Made by a program: the position numbers and the translations under genes
Shown: positions 21,660-31,776 of the stretch, in pieces
Layout of the letters: every line of letters begins with the position of its first letter
Position numbering within the stretch: position 1 is the first letter of the stretch
The notes under the pieces: model-generated
Seen by the model: the letters and a program-made list of their open reading frames with translations, nothing else
Databases searched by the model: none
What the model was told of the DNA's origin: nothing
Origin: an uncultured Bacteroides sp.
GTDB lineage: Bacteria; Bacteroidota; Bacteroidia; G022818785
Reading direction: 5' to 3'
Length of the DNA: 64,000 nucleotides
Assembly (NCBI GenBank): GCA_964620755.1
Contig: CAZUHH010000008.1
Coordinates: 191,172-255,171, forward strand

Positions 21660-22065
21660 ATTAATTGAATTTGTCGCTTTAAAAATAATATTTTAAAGAG
21701 GAAAGTCCGGACAACATAGAGCAATTTGCTTCTTAACGAGAAGGTATTATTAATAATAACAGATAGTGTCACAGAAAATAACCGCCTTTAAAATAAGGTA
21801 AGGGTGAAAATGTAAAGGTAAGAATTTACAATATTATATAGTGATATATAATATGGATAAACCTCAAATGTTGAAAGATTAAATAGTTTCATATTCATTT
21901 TTATCATGAATACAAGTAGCTCAGCTTGTTTTATTATTCATCAAACATTGATAGATAATAAAGTGAAATAGGTGAATCGATTGATTAATTAAGTAATTAA
22001 TTAACTAGATAAATGACAAATATATTCTTTTGAATATACAGAATCCGGCTTATTATATTATATGT
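21660..22065 (+). ncRNA. rnpB: RNase P RNA (bacterial type A); ends approximate (+/- 20 nt)
   Basis: Conserved blocks in order: GGAAAGTCCGGAC (21700..), ACAGAAAATAACCGCC, AATAAGGTAAGGGTGAAAATGTAAAGGTAAGAA, AGCTCAGCTTG, ACAGAATCCGGCTTAT (22038..22053). Confidence 0.78.
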
Positions 22066-23009
22066 ATATAATTTTTATATAAATCTATAATTTTAGATGC
22101 TAAAACATTGCCTATTTTTTTATATGACTCTGCAGTTAATCCAGCAATATGAGAACTTAAAATAATTTTATCAGATTTAATTAATTGTTTATAAAAATTA
22201 CTGTTGTATAATTCTGGAAATTTTTCTATTTCTAATACATCTAAAGCTGCACCAATAATAATACCATTTTTAATAGCTTTTATTAAATCACTTGTTTTGA
22301 CAATATTGCCTCTAGAAGTATTAATAAAATAAATCTTCTTTTTAAAAGAATTAAAATAATCAATATCAATCATATGCTTTGTTTCTGTATTTAAAGGAAT
22401 ATTAATACTAACAATATCTGATTGTTCAAATAAATCTTTTTCAGTTACTAATTTAACACTTTTATATTTTGTAGAAATTTTATATTTATCATATGCAATT
22501 ATATTCATATTAAAAGATGACATTTTATTTGCTAATGAAGATCCATTATGTCCTAAACCGACAATACCTAATGTTTTATTTTCCAATTCTATAGATTGAT
22601 TACTTATTCTATCCCATATACCATTTTTAATTTCATTATTTGACTTAACAATATTCTTTGTTAAACTTAATATCATACCTATTATATGTTCTGCAACTGC
22701 ATTTTTATTTCCTTCTGGTGCATTTATAATTTTAATATTATATTTCATTGCAGTATTTATATCAATATGATCTAATCCTGATCCAGCTCTGGCAATGAAT
22801 TTTAAATTATTACTTTTGGTAATTATTTTATCATCTATTATAAATGAATTACTTCTTAATACTAGACCATCATAATTATCAATTATTTTTAGAATGTTAT
22901 TATAAGATATATTTTTTTTAATATCTGTTTTAATATTAAAATTATTAATTTTTTTTATAAAAATAGAATGTATATCATTAATAATTAATATTTTATTTAA
23001 TATTTTCAT
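22053..23009 (-). CDS. serA: D-isomer-specific 2-hydroxyacid dehydrogenase, probably D-3-phosphoglycerate dehydrogenase (short form)
   Basis: NAD-binding LGIVGLGHNGSS, catalytic-domain blocks NTSRGNIV and SSHIAGLT; start placed at ATG 23009 (track start 23024 is TTG). Confidence 0.65.
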   Translation of the reverse strand: MKILNKILIINDIHSIFIKKINNFNIKTDIKKNISYNNILKIIDNYDGLVLRSNSFIIDDKIITKSNNLKFIARAGSGLDHIDINTAMKYNIKIINAPEGNKNAVAEHIIGMILSLTKNIVKSNNEIKNGIWDRISNQSIELENKTLGIVGLGHNGSSLANKMSSFNMNIIAYDKYKISTKYKSVKLVTEKDLFEQSDIVSINIPLNTETKHMIDIDYFNSFKKKIYFINTSRGNIVKTSDLIKAIKNGIIIGAALDVLEIEKFPELYNSNFYKQLIKSDKIILSSHIAGLTAESYKKIGNVLASKIIDLYKNYIHII

Positions 23010-23039
23010 ATTATAAATATTCAATTTTTTATAAAAATA

Positions 23040-23069
23040 TTGATTTTTTAATAAAAATTAATATTTTTG
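23040..23069 (+). promoter_or_regulatory. Candidate Bacteroidota-type sigma-A promoter for clpP-clpX (TTG, 19-nt spacer, TAnnTTTG)
   Basis: TTG at 23040..23042 and TATTTTTG at 23062..23069, 20 bp upstream of clpP ATG; such motifs occur by chance in AT-rich DNA. Confidence 0.25.
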
Positions 23070-23088
23070 ACAAAAAAACTATCTCATT

Positions 23089-23796
23089 ATGGATAACAAT
23101 AATTACAAAAAAGAATTTTATAATTATGCTTTTAAAGAAAAAAAAATTGATCCTTATATTCTAAATAAATTTACTTCAAATTTAGAAAATATCTTTACAA
23201 TTAATAATATTACACCTTACATTACTGAAGAAAGAAAATTAAATGTAACACAAATAGATGTTTTTTCACGTTTAATGATGGATAGAATTATATTTATAGG
23301 AGAGCCTATTAATAATAATGTAGCAAATATTGTACAGGCACAATTATTATTTTTACAATCTATTGATTACAATGCAGATATATTTATCTATATTAATAGC
23401 CCTGGAGGATCATTATATTCAGGATTAGGTATTTATGACACAATGCAATATGTAAATCCTGATATATCAACAATGTGTATAGGTATTGCCGCTTCTACAG
23501 CTGCCTTATTGTTATGTTCTGGCAAAAAAGGTAAAAGATATTCATTGCAACATTCTCATATGATGTTACATCAACCTAATGCTCAATATTCAGGTCAAGC
23601 TTCTGATATAATAATATCAGCTAATCAAATCATAAAATTAAAAAAAGAAATCTATAATATAATATCAATGCATAGTAATAAAAAATATGAAGAAATAATT
23701 CAATATTTAGAAAGGGATTACTGGATGAATGCTAGTGAAGCAATAGAGTTTGGTATTATAGATGAAATATTAATTAAAAAATCATTAAAAAAATAG
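23089..23796 (+). CDS. clpP: ATP-dependent Clp protease proteolytic subunit
   Basis: INSPGGSLYSGLGIYDTMQ (active-site Ser region) and MLHQP (His region). Confidence 0.9.
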   Translation: MDNNNYKKEFYNYAFKEKKIDPYILNKFTSNLENIFTINNITPYITEERKLNVTQIDVFSRLMMDRIIFIGEPINNNVANIVQAQLLFLQSIDYNADIFIYINSPGGSLYSGLGIYDTMQYVNPDISTMCIGIAASTAALLLCSGKKGKRYSLQHSHMMLHQPNAQYSGQASDIIISANQIIKLKKEIYNIISMHSNKKYEEIIQYLERDYWMNASEAIEFGIIDEILIKKSLKK

Positions 23797-23798
23797 TT

Positions 23799-24983
23799 TT
23801 GAAAAATTATACAATTTTACAATGTTCTTTTTGTGGAATTTATCAAAAAGATAATGTATTTTTGCGCGGAATGTCAGCAAATATATGTAACAAATGTATT
23901 GTTAAGGGTTATAATATGATAAATAATAATCAGCAATTATTTGATGATAACGTAAATCAAAAAATAGATGATTTAAAGCCTATAAATATAAAAAATTATT
24001 TAGATAATTATATTATAGGACAAGATATAGCAAAAAAAAAGATATCAGTTGCAATATACAATCATTACAAAAGATTATATTATGATTCATTATCTGAAAT
24101 TGATAAATCTAATATTATATTAGTTGGATCAACTGGTACAGGGAAAACATTGATTGCTCAAATTATATCTAAAATTTTAAAAGTTCCATTTTGCATTTGT
24201 GATGCAACATCTTTAACTGAGGCAGGATATGTAGGAGATGATGTTGAAAGCATATTATCAAGACTTTTGAATGTTGCTAATAATAATATTCAATTAGCAG
24301 AAAAAGGCATCATATATATTGATGAAATAGATAAAATAGCAAGAAAAAGTTATAATCCTTCTATAACAAGAGATGTTTCTGGAGAAGGAGTGCAACAATC
24401 ATTGTTAAAAATTTTAGAAGGCACTATTGTGCGTATTTCACCCCATGGAGGTAGGAAACACCCAGAACAAGAAATGATATCGATTAATACAAAAAATATA
24501 TTATTTATTTGTGGTGGTTCATTTGAAGGAATAGAAAATATTATTAAAAATAGAATTGTAAAAAATTCTATTGGATATAACACTAATAATAATATAGAAA
24601 AACATGACAATATAATTCAATATATAACTTCTACAGATTTAAAGTCTTTTGGTATTATACCGGAACTTATTGGAAGAATACCCATAATAGCTCATTTGAA
24701 TTCACTTGATAGAATTATGTTAAAAGATATCTTTATTAAGCCTAAAAATGCTATATTTAATCAATATAAAAAGGTTTTTAATTGTGATAATATAAACTTA
24801 GAAATAACAAATAATGCAGTAGATTATATTATTGATGAAGCTTTGAAATTAAATTTAGGAGCACGTGGATTAAAATCTATTTTAGATAAAATTTTAATGG
24901 AATCTATGTTTAACCTTCCTTCTAATAAGAGAAGAAAAAATTTAAAAATAGATACTAAATATATTTTAAAATATAAAAATTAA
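23799..24983 (+). CDS. clpX: ATP-dependent Clp protease ATP-binding subunit ClpX
   Basis: N-terminal zinc finger CSFCGI..CNKC, Walker A GSTGTGKTLIAQ; apparent TTG start 2 bp after clpP stop. Confidence 0.9.
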   Translation: MKNYTILQCSFCGIYQKDNVFLRGMSANICNKCIVKGYNMINNNQQLFDDNVNQKIDDLKPINIKNYLDNYIIGQDIAKKKISVAIYNHYKRLYYDSLSEIDKSNIILVGSTGTGKTLIAQIISKILKVPFCICDATSLTEAGYVGDDVESILSRLLNVANNNIQLAEKGIIYIDEIDKIARKSYNPSITRDVSGEGVQQSLLKILEGTIVRISPHGGRKHPEQEMISINTKNILFICGGSFEGIENIIKNRIVKNSIGYNTNNNIEKHDNIIQYITSTDLKSFGIIPELIGRIPIIAHLNSLDRIMLKDIFIKPKNAIFNQYKKVFNCDNINLEITNNAVDYIIDEALKLNLGARGLKSILDKILMESMFNLPSNKRRKNLKIDTKYILKYKN

Positions 24984-25062
24984 ATTTCAATAGTATTGAC
25001 TATTATACAATTTTTATTTAAATTGTTTTATAATAGCATTAATTTGATTAACAATAATTATT

Positions 25063-25611
25063 ATGTGTAAAGGAATTATTGGTATAGGAAATTATTTTCC
25101 ATACTTTGAAAAAACAGCTTGTGTATCTGTAAATAAAGGTCATGAATTTAAAATGATAAAATCTGAATCTATAAGAGATAATAAAAGATGGACTGTTATG
25201 TTTTGGTGGCCTAAAGATTTTACATTTGTATGTCCTACCGAAATTGCTTCATTTAATGATCATTATCATGATTTTGATGATAGGGATACTAATATTATAG
25301 GAGCATCTACAGATTCTGAATATGTTCATTTAGCATGGAGAAAAAACCACAATGATTTAAAAGACCTACAATTTCCTATGTTATCTGATATTTCAAAATC
25401 ATTATCTGAACAATTAGGTATACTTGATTCAATAGATAAAGTAGCATATAGAGCTACTTTTATAATTGATCCTACAGGAATAATAAGATGGGTTTCGGTA
25501 TATGATTTTAAAGTAGGACGCAGTGTTAAGGAAGTTATACGTGTGTTGGATGCCTTACAAAGTGATGATTTATGTCCATGTAATTGGGAAAAAGGAGATG
25601 CAGTATTATAA
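25063..25611 (+). CDS. ahpC: Peroxiredoxin (AhpC/TSA family, 2-Cys)
   Basis: Peroxidatic Cys motif FTFVCPTEI and C-terminal resolving Cys region LCPCNWEKGD. Confidence 0.85.
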   Translation: MCKGIIGIGNYFPYFEKTACVSVNKGHEFKMIKSESIRDNKRWTVMFWWPKDFTFVCPTEIASFNDHYHDFDDRDTNIIGASTDSEYVHLAWRKNHNDLKDLQFPMLSDISKSLSEQLGILDSIDKVAYRATFIIDPTGIIRWVSVYDFKVGRSVKEVIRVLDALQSDDLCPCNWEKGDAVL

Positions 25612-25642
25612 AATTTGAAATAATTAAAATAAATTAAAACAA

Positions 25643-26221
25643 ATGTTAAACAAAAGTTTAAGCAGATTAAATCATATATTAAATATTGATGATGAATATT
25701 CTAATTGTTCTATTGATATATTAAAAAATACTGAGTATCGTTATCCTAAAGATATTAATATAAGTCTTCAAAACGCTATTGATACAGATAATTTATCAAA
25801 AAAAGAAGCTATTATTATAGCTTATAGTGTTTCTGTATGTAATAATAATACTATATTACAAAATGCTTTTCATAAAATGCTTACAATAAATGGAATATCA
25901 GATGAAGAATGTTCAGAGATTATATCTTGTGTTAGTTTAATGTCTGCTAATAATATTTTATACAGATTTAAGCATTTTGTAGAAGATAAAAATTATAATG
26001 ATATTCCTGTTAATATTAAAATGAATATAATGTTAGATCCTATCTTAGGAAAAGAACTTTTTGAATTAATTTCATTAGTAGTATCATCCGTAAATGGATG
26101 TGAATGTTGTATTCAATCACATGAGAAGTCATTATTAAAATTAGGTACATCTTATAAACGAATATTTGATTCAGTTCGTATTGGATCTATTATTTCAGCA
26201 TTATCTAAGATATATTATTAA
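25643..26221 (+). CDS. ahpD: Alkylhydroperoxidase AhpD-family protein (carboxymuconolactone decarboxylase fold)
   Basis: C-terminal block IKMNIMLDPILGKELFELISLVVSSVNGCECCIQSHEKSL closely matches the AhpD active-site region (CxxxH). Confidence 0.78.
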   Translation: MLNKSLSRLNHILNIDDEYSNCSIDILKNTEYRYPKDINISLQNAIDTDNLSKKEAIIIAYSVSVCNNNTILQNAFHKMLTINGISDEECSEIISCVSLMSANNILYRFKHFVEDKNYNDIPVNIKMNIMLDPILGKELFELISLVVSSVNGCECCIQSHEKSLLKLGTSYKRIFDSVRIGSIISALSKIYY

Positions 26222-26223
26222 TA

Positions 26224-26475
26224 GTGAATTATATTAATGATAAAAAAACTACTTTATTTAAAGTAAAAAAAGCACTTAAAATAATAAGACCTTTTTTAAA
26301 AGAGGATGGTGGTGATGTTGCTATAAATAATTTGACTAAAGATAATGTTTTAATTGTTAAATTACTTGGTAATTGTAAATTATGTCCTATAAATAAGATT
26401 ACTTTGCAAGTGGGTATTAAGGCAATTATTAAAAGAGAGGTTCCTGAAATAATAGGTGTTCGTCTTAAAATTTAA
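26224..26475 (+). CDS. NifU-like Fe-S cluster scaffold domain protein (Nfu-type)
   Basis: EDGGDV..GNCKLCP pattern of NifU C-terminal domain; 83 aa; apparent GTG start. Confidence 0.6.
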   Translation: MNYINDKKTTLFKVKKALKIIRPFLKEDGGDVAINNLTKDNVLIVKLLGNCKLCPINKITLQVGIKAIIKREVPEIIGVRLKI

Positions 26476-27014
26476 AGTTTGGGAAAATTCATTTTGTAAT
26501 TTGTTTTACTATTGCCTTTAATAATGTTGTTTAATTCATTTTTTATAGAATTTATTTGTAATTCATCTTTACATCTATCAACAATAGTTTTTCCTTGTAA
26601 ATGATCATATTCATGTTGAATAACTCTTGATATGAAGCCATTATAATATTTTTCTTTTAAAATAAAATTTTTATCATAGAATTGAATTAATATATGATAA
26701 TATCTTATTATATCAATACTTATATTAGGTATACTGAGACAACTTTCTGGTAATTTATATTTATATCCAAATTTTGATTTTATAATAGGATTAATAAATA
26801 TTTTATCATTGTTATTATCTAAGTTATTAATATCAATAATAAATAATTTAATAGGTAAATTAATTTGAGGTGCAGCTAATCCTATACCTTTAGCATTATA
26901 CATAGTATCAAACATATTATTAATAGTAACTTCAAGATTATTATAGTTTTTGTCGATAATCTTAGTTTTAGAAGTTAAAATTTTATTGCCATATGAAATA
27001 ATAGGTAATATCAT
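26472..27014 (-). CDS. def: Peptide deformylase
   Basis: GIGLAAPQI, metal-binding HEYDHLQG; 180 aa. Confidence 0.9.
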   Translation of the reverse strand: MILPIISYGNKILTSKTKIIDKNYNNLEVTINNMFDTMYNAKGIGLAAPQINLPIKLFIIDINNLDNNNDKIFINPIIKSKFGYKYKLPESCLSIPNISIDIIRYYHILIQFYDKNFILKEKYYNGFISRVIQHEYDHLQGKTIVDRCKDELQINSIKNELNNIIKGNSKTNYKMNFPKL

Positions 27015-27436
27015 TTTGATATAAATTTATAATTTAACCAATCTTGCAAAATAATTGTTGCACTTATTTGATCTATATATTTATCATGATTTGATTTATA
27101 ATATTTTTTTAAGTTTTTCATGTGTTGGGTGGCAATTAATGAGGTGAATTTTTCATCTATAAAATCTATTTTTACATTCTTATATAAAGAATGTAAACTT
27201 TTAATAAATTTATTTAACGAATTTAAAAATAAATTGTTATAGTTTATTTTATTAAAACGTACAGGAATACCTATAATAAAAGTATCTACATGATTATTAT
27301 TAAAATAATTTTTAATAAAATTAAATATATTTTTATTATTTACTGTTTGTAAATTAAATGCTATTATTTTATTTGGATCAGTAACTGCAATTCCAATACG
27401 TTTTAATCCATAATCAAAAGCCATTGCTCTATACAT
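27011..27436 (-). CDS. ruvX: Holliday junction resolvase-like protein RuvX/YqgF
   Basis: N-terminal MAFDYGLKRIGIAVTD; true start may be the second Met at 27424; overlaps def start by 4 bp. Confidence 0.8.
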   Translation of the reverse strand: MYRAMAFDYGLKRIGIAVTDPNKIIAFNLQTVNNKNIFNFIKNYFNNNHVDTFIIGIPVRFNKINYNNLFLNSLNKFIKSLHSLYKNVKIDFIDEKFTSLIATQHMKNLKKYYKSNHDKYIDQISATIILQDWLNYKFISK

Positions 27437-27570
27437 TTTAAATATAATTATTAATCAAAAATTGATATTATAATGTCATTATTAAATAAATAATTATGCG
27501 ATAATATATTTTTTTTAATCTAAAAAAAATATTCTTAATTAAGAAGTTAAAAAAATATATTAAAATAATT

Positions 27571-27996
27571 TTAATATAATAAATCTATTTTTGGATAAAA
27601 AAATGATATTTCTCTTTTTGCAGATTTAATTGAATCTGATCCATGTATAGCGTTATAAATAATAGATGTGCCATATTTGTTTCTTATAGTATTAATATCA
27701 GCTTTTTTAGGATCTGTATTGCCAATAATTTCACGTAAACTATTAACTGCATCCGCCTTTTGTAAAATCATTATTATAATATATGATGATGTCATAAAAT
27801 TAATTAATGATTTAAAAAATAATTTACTTTGATGTTCTTTATAAAATTCTTTTGCTTTTTTTTTACTTAAAATAATATTGTTAATTTTTTTAATATAGAA
27901 ATTGTTTTTTAATATTATATCAATTATAACGCCAGTATAATTATTAATAATGGCATCTGGTTTTATTAATGATAATGTTATTTGTTTCCTTTTCAT
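27571..27996 (-). CDS. ndk: Nucleoside diphosphate kinase
   Basis: LSLIKPDA N-terminus and active-site His region NAIHGSDS; 141 aa. Confidence 0.8.
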   Translation of the reverse strand: MKRKQITLSLIKPDAIINNYTGVIIDIILKNNFYIKKINNIILSKKKAKEFYKEHQSKLFFKSLINFMTSSYIIIMILQKADAVNSLREIIGNTDPKKADINTIRNKYGTSIIYNAIHGSDSIKSAKREISFFYPKIDLLY

Positions 27997-28066
27997 TATT
28001 GAAGTATAATAAATGCTTTAAATTTGATATATTAAATATAATATTAAATTTATCTTTATAAAAAAT

Positions 28067-29077
28067 TTGGAACTAAATATCACTGAAATAAAAAAATTAT
28101 TAAACAAGTTATACATAAATATTATAATAATTACTCATCATAACCCTGATGGCGATGCAATAGGATCATCTTTAGGCCTTTATAATTATTTGATAAAAAA
28201 AAAATATAAAAGAATTAATATTTTATTAACATCTAATTATAGAAATTGTTTTGAATATCTTTTTAATATAGAAAAAATATTATTAGTAAACAATAAATAT
28301 AACATTATTCATAATTTAATTATTAATGCTGATGTAATATTTTTTTTAGATTTTAACAATATTAATAGAATAAAAATAATTAATGAATTAATTATAAAAT
28401 CAAAAGCTGTAAAAATAATTATTGATCATCATACTAATATTAAAATTAAATATGATTTTGCATTTTATGATAATAAAGCATCATCTACATGTGAATTAGT
28501 TTACAAATTAATCAATTATATGAATGATTATCAATTAATAGATAACAATATTGCAACTTGTTTATATACTGGAATATTGACTGATACGAATTCATTTAGG
28601 TTTGTAAATGAAAAATCAGATGTTTTTGCTATTGCTGCTAATTTGATAAAATTAGGGGCTAATAATAAGTTAATATATAATCATATATATTGTTCATATT
28701 CTGATAATATAATTAAATTTTTAGGATATTGCTTGTATAAAAAGTTAAACATTTTTAATAATAAAATATCTATTATGTCTATTTCACTTTTTGAAAGCAT
28801 TCAGTATAGTATTTCTATGAAAGACATATCTTGGATTGTAAATTATCCTCTCTATATTAAAAAAATTCAATTATCTGTATTATTATATGAATTTACAAAA
28901 TGTGATGATATAGTTAAAATATCAATTAGATCTAAAGGTAATATTCATTGTGATGCAATTGCAGCAAAATATTTTAATGGCGGTGGACATCAAAATGCTG
29001 CTGGAGGTATTATATATAATAATATAAATGAATCAGTTAAATATTGTCAAAAAATATTTAATAATATTATATTTTAA
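28067..29077 (+). CDS. nrnA: DHH-family phosphoesterase (NrnA-like oligoribonuclease/pAp phosphatase)
   Basis: DHH motif HHNPDGDAIGS, DHHA1 GGGH near C-terminus; apparent TTG start. Confidence 0.75.
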   Translation: MELNITEIKKLLNKLYINIIIITHHNPDGDAIGSSLGLYNYLIKKKYKRINILLTSNYRNCFEYLFNIEKILLVNNKYNIIHNLIINADVIFFLDFNNINRIKIINELIIKSKAVKIIIDHHTNIKIKYDFAFYDNKASSTCELVYKLINYMNDYQLIDNNIATCLYTGILTDTNSFRFVNEKSDVFAIAANLIKLGANNKLIYNHIYCSYSDNIIKFLGYCLYKKLNIFNNKISIMSISLFESIQYSISMKDISWIVNYPLYIKKIQLSVLLYEFTKCDDIVKISIRSKGNIHCDAIAAKYFNGGGHQNAAGGIIYNNINESVKYCQKIFNNIIF

Positions 29078-29089
29078 TAAAATTTTTAT

Positions 29090-29866
29090 ATGTATAATAT
29101 AGATACTCATACACATATTTATTTATCTAATTTTGATAAAGATATAAAAAATGTAATTTCTAAATCTTTATTAGTTAATAAAAAAATGATAATGCCTAAT
29201 ATCAATATTAACTCAATCAATAGAATGATGAATTTATATTATAAATACAATAATGTATTGCATCCTATGTTAGGATTACATCCTTTATATATTGAAAAAT
29301 CATATAATAAGGATTTAAAATATATAGAAAATGTTTTATTTAATAATATTAATCATATATGGGGGATAGGTGAAATAGGATTAGATAAGCATTATAATAC
29401 ACAATATTATAAATTACAAAAAGATGCTTTTAAAAAACAAATTGCACTTGCTAAAGAATATAATTTACCAATATCTATACATTGTAGAAACAGTTATGAT
29501 GATTTAATACATATATTAAAAGAAGAGCAAAATGGTTTTTTAAAAGGTGTTGTTCATTGTTTTAATAGTAATTATATTAATGCAAATAAAATTGTTGATT
29601 TAGGATTTTACTTAGGTATTGGAGGATTAATTACTTTTAAAAACTGTAATTTGAAAAATATAATAAATAATCATTTTTTAAAAAATATAGTGTTAGAAAC
29701 TGATTCGCCATATTTGTCGCCATGTCCATTGAGAGGCAAACGCAATGAAAGCTATAATATTATTTATATTGCTGATTTTATATCAAAAATATTGAATTTA
29801 TCCATTAATAGCATTAGTAATATTACTAGTCATAATGCTACTATATTATTTAATATTAAAACATAA
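29090..29866 (+). CDS. tatD: TatD-family metal-dependent hydrolase/DNase
   Basis: DTHTHI, GEIGLD, HCRNSYDD, VHCFNSN blocks. Confidence 0.8.
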   Translation: MYNIDTHTHIYLSNFDKDIKNVISKSLLVNKKMIMPNININSINRMMNLYYKYNNVLHPMLGLHPLYIEKSYNKDLKYIENVLFNNINHIWGIGEIGLDKHYNTQYYKLQKDAFKKQIALAKEYNLPISIHCRNSYDDLIHILKEEQNGFLKGVVHCFNSNYINANKIVDLGFYLGIGGLITFKNCNLKNIINNHFLKNIVLETDSPYLSPCPLRGKRNESYNIIYIADFISKILNLSINSISNITSHNATILFNIKT

Positions 29867-29867
29867 A

Positions 29868-31745
29868 ATGATTAATAAATATATTGTTGAAACTGTATTA
29901 AATACATCTAATATTATAGATATAATAAGTGATTTTTGTACTTTAAAAAAACAAGGTAATAATTATTTAGGTTTATGTCCATTTCATATAGAAAATACAC
30001 CTTCATTTAGTGTTAATGAACATAAAAATATATTTAAATGCTTTGGATGTGGCAAAGGAGGCAATGTAGTTGATTTTATAAAATTATACAATAAATGTTC
30101 TTTTAATGAAGCTATAATTTTTTTAGCAAAAAAATATCATATATCATATGAAAATGAAAATGTAAATCATGAAAATACTAATATTGAAAATTTATTATTA
30201 ATAAATAATATTGTTAGTAATTATTATAATAATTTGCTTTTTGATCTATATAAAGAAAATAAAGATATTTTTCATTTTTTAAAAAAACGCTCAATATCTT
30301 TAGAAACAATAAAAAAATTCAATATAGGTTATTGTGATAATAAAATATATAATTTAATTAGTTATTTATTGGATAAAGGATTTGATAAAAAATATATTTT
30401 ACAATTAAATTTTATATCAAAAAATAATAAAAATAGTATTTATAATACTTTTTATAATAGGATAATTTTTCCAATTTATTCTGTATCTGGCAATGTATTA
30501 GGATTTGGCGGACGATTAATATTTGATAATAACAAAGCAAAATATATTAATTCATCAGAATCATTGATTTTTTCAAAAAAAAGTAATTTATATGGTATTT
30601 TCTTTACTAAGAATCATATTCGATTTCATGATAATTGTATAATAGTAGAAGGATATATAGATTTATTATCATTATACCAAAATGGTATTCATAATGTAGT
30701 AGCTACTTTAGGTACAGCTTTAAATGATATACATATAAAAACAATTAAAAATTATACTAAGAATATTACGTTAATTTATGATGGAGATGATGTAGGCTTA
30801 AAAGCTATGTTAAATAATATAGATATGATGTTATCATTAAATATTAATTTATATATTGTAATATTACCAAACAAATATGATCCTGATAATTATATTAGAA
30901 AAATAGGTAAAGAAAAATTTACAGATTTTATTATTAATAATAGAATTAATTTTATAGAATTTAAATATAAATTATTATTAGATAATAATAAAAATGATCC
31001 ATTAAAATATTCAAAAGGATTAAAATCAATTTTTACAAGTATATCATTTATTGATAGTACAGTTAAACAAATGTCATTTATAAAATTTGCAAGTAATCTA
31101 TTGATGATAGATCCTGTTTTAATTACTGATGAAGTTAATCTATTAAAAATTAAAAAACAAAATTCTAATAAAATAATTGATAATTATACTATTGATATTG
31201 AATTATCAAAAGATGATTTTACATACAAAACAAGCATATATGAAAATGAAATTTTTAAGATAATATTATTAAAAGGTAATGATATATTATTAGATAATAT
31301 TAATATTCGTACTTTTGTTACAAATAATATTAAAAATATTGTTTTTAAAAATGAAAATTTTATCTCTTTATTTAAAGAGTTGAAAAAAAAATTTTCAGAT
31401 AATGATATGATAGAAATATCATTTTTTACTAACAATACAAATCAATATGTCAAAAATACTTCCATGTCTATTTTATCAGATAAATATTCTATAAGTAATA
31501 CTATTTATGATAAATCATGTTTAATATCAAAGGATAGCAATATTATATTAAGCTATATCAATCAAATTATATATAGATTACAATTATGTAATATTATATC
31601 ATTAATACAGAATAAATATTATCAACTATTAAATTGTAGCAATGAAAATGAAATTTTAAAATTACAAAAAGATTATTTAAAATTAAGTAATTTAAAAAAT
31701 CAATTAGCTAGTAAATTAGGTATAATTTTTACTAAAACTATCTAA
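29868..31745 (+). CDS. dnaG: DNA primase
   Basis: Zinc-binding domain CPFHIENTPSFSVNEHKNIFKCFGCGKGGN, TOPRIM region VEGYIDLLSL..YDGDDVG; start placed at ATG 29868 (MINKYIVE), 1 nt after tatD stop. Confidence 0.85.
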   Translation: MINKYIVETVLNTSNIIDIISDFCTLKKQGNNYLGLCPFHIENTPSFSVNEHKNIFKCFGCGKGGNVVDFIKLYNKCSFNEAIIFLAKKYHISYENENVNHENTNIENLLLINNIVSNYYNNLLFDLYKENKDIFHFLKKRSISLETIKKFNIGYCDNKIYNLISYLLDKGFDKKYILQLNFISKNNKNSIYNTFYNRIIFPIYSVSGNVLGFGGRLIFDNNKAKYINSSESLIFSKKSNLYGIFFTKNHIRFHDNCIIVEGYIDLLSLYQNGIHNVVATLGTALNDIHIKTIKNYTKNITLIYDGDDVGLKAMLNNIDMMLSLNINLYIVILPNKYDPDNYIRKIGKEKFTDFIINNRINFIEFKYKLLLDNNKNDPLKYSKGLKSIFTSISFIDSTVKQMSFIKFASNLLMIDPVLITDEVNLLKIKKQNSNKIIDNYTIDIELSKDDFTYKTSIYENEIFKIILLKGNDILLDNINIRTFVTNNIKNIVFKNENFISLFKELKKKFSDNDMIEISFFTNNTNQYVKNTSMSILSDKYSISNTIYDKSCLISKDSNIILSYINQIIYRLQLCNIISLIQNKYYQLLNCSNENEILKLQKDYLKLSNLKNQLASKLGIIFTKTI

Positions 31746-31776
31746 TAATTTACTATAGAAAAATAATTATAAAAAT

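Noticed and set aside
24984-25062. E. coli-like TTGACT ... TAAATT sequence upstream of ahpC as a sigma-70 promoter
   Set aside because: Bacteroidota promoters use a different consensus (TTG / TAnnTTTG) and the match is poor; not reportable.
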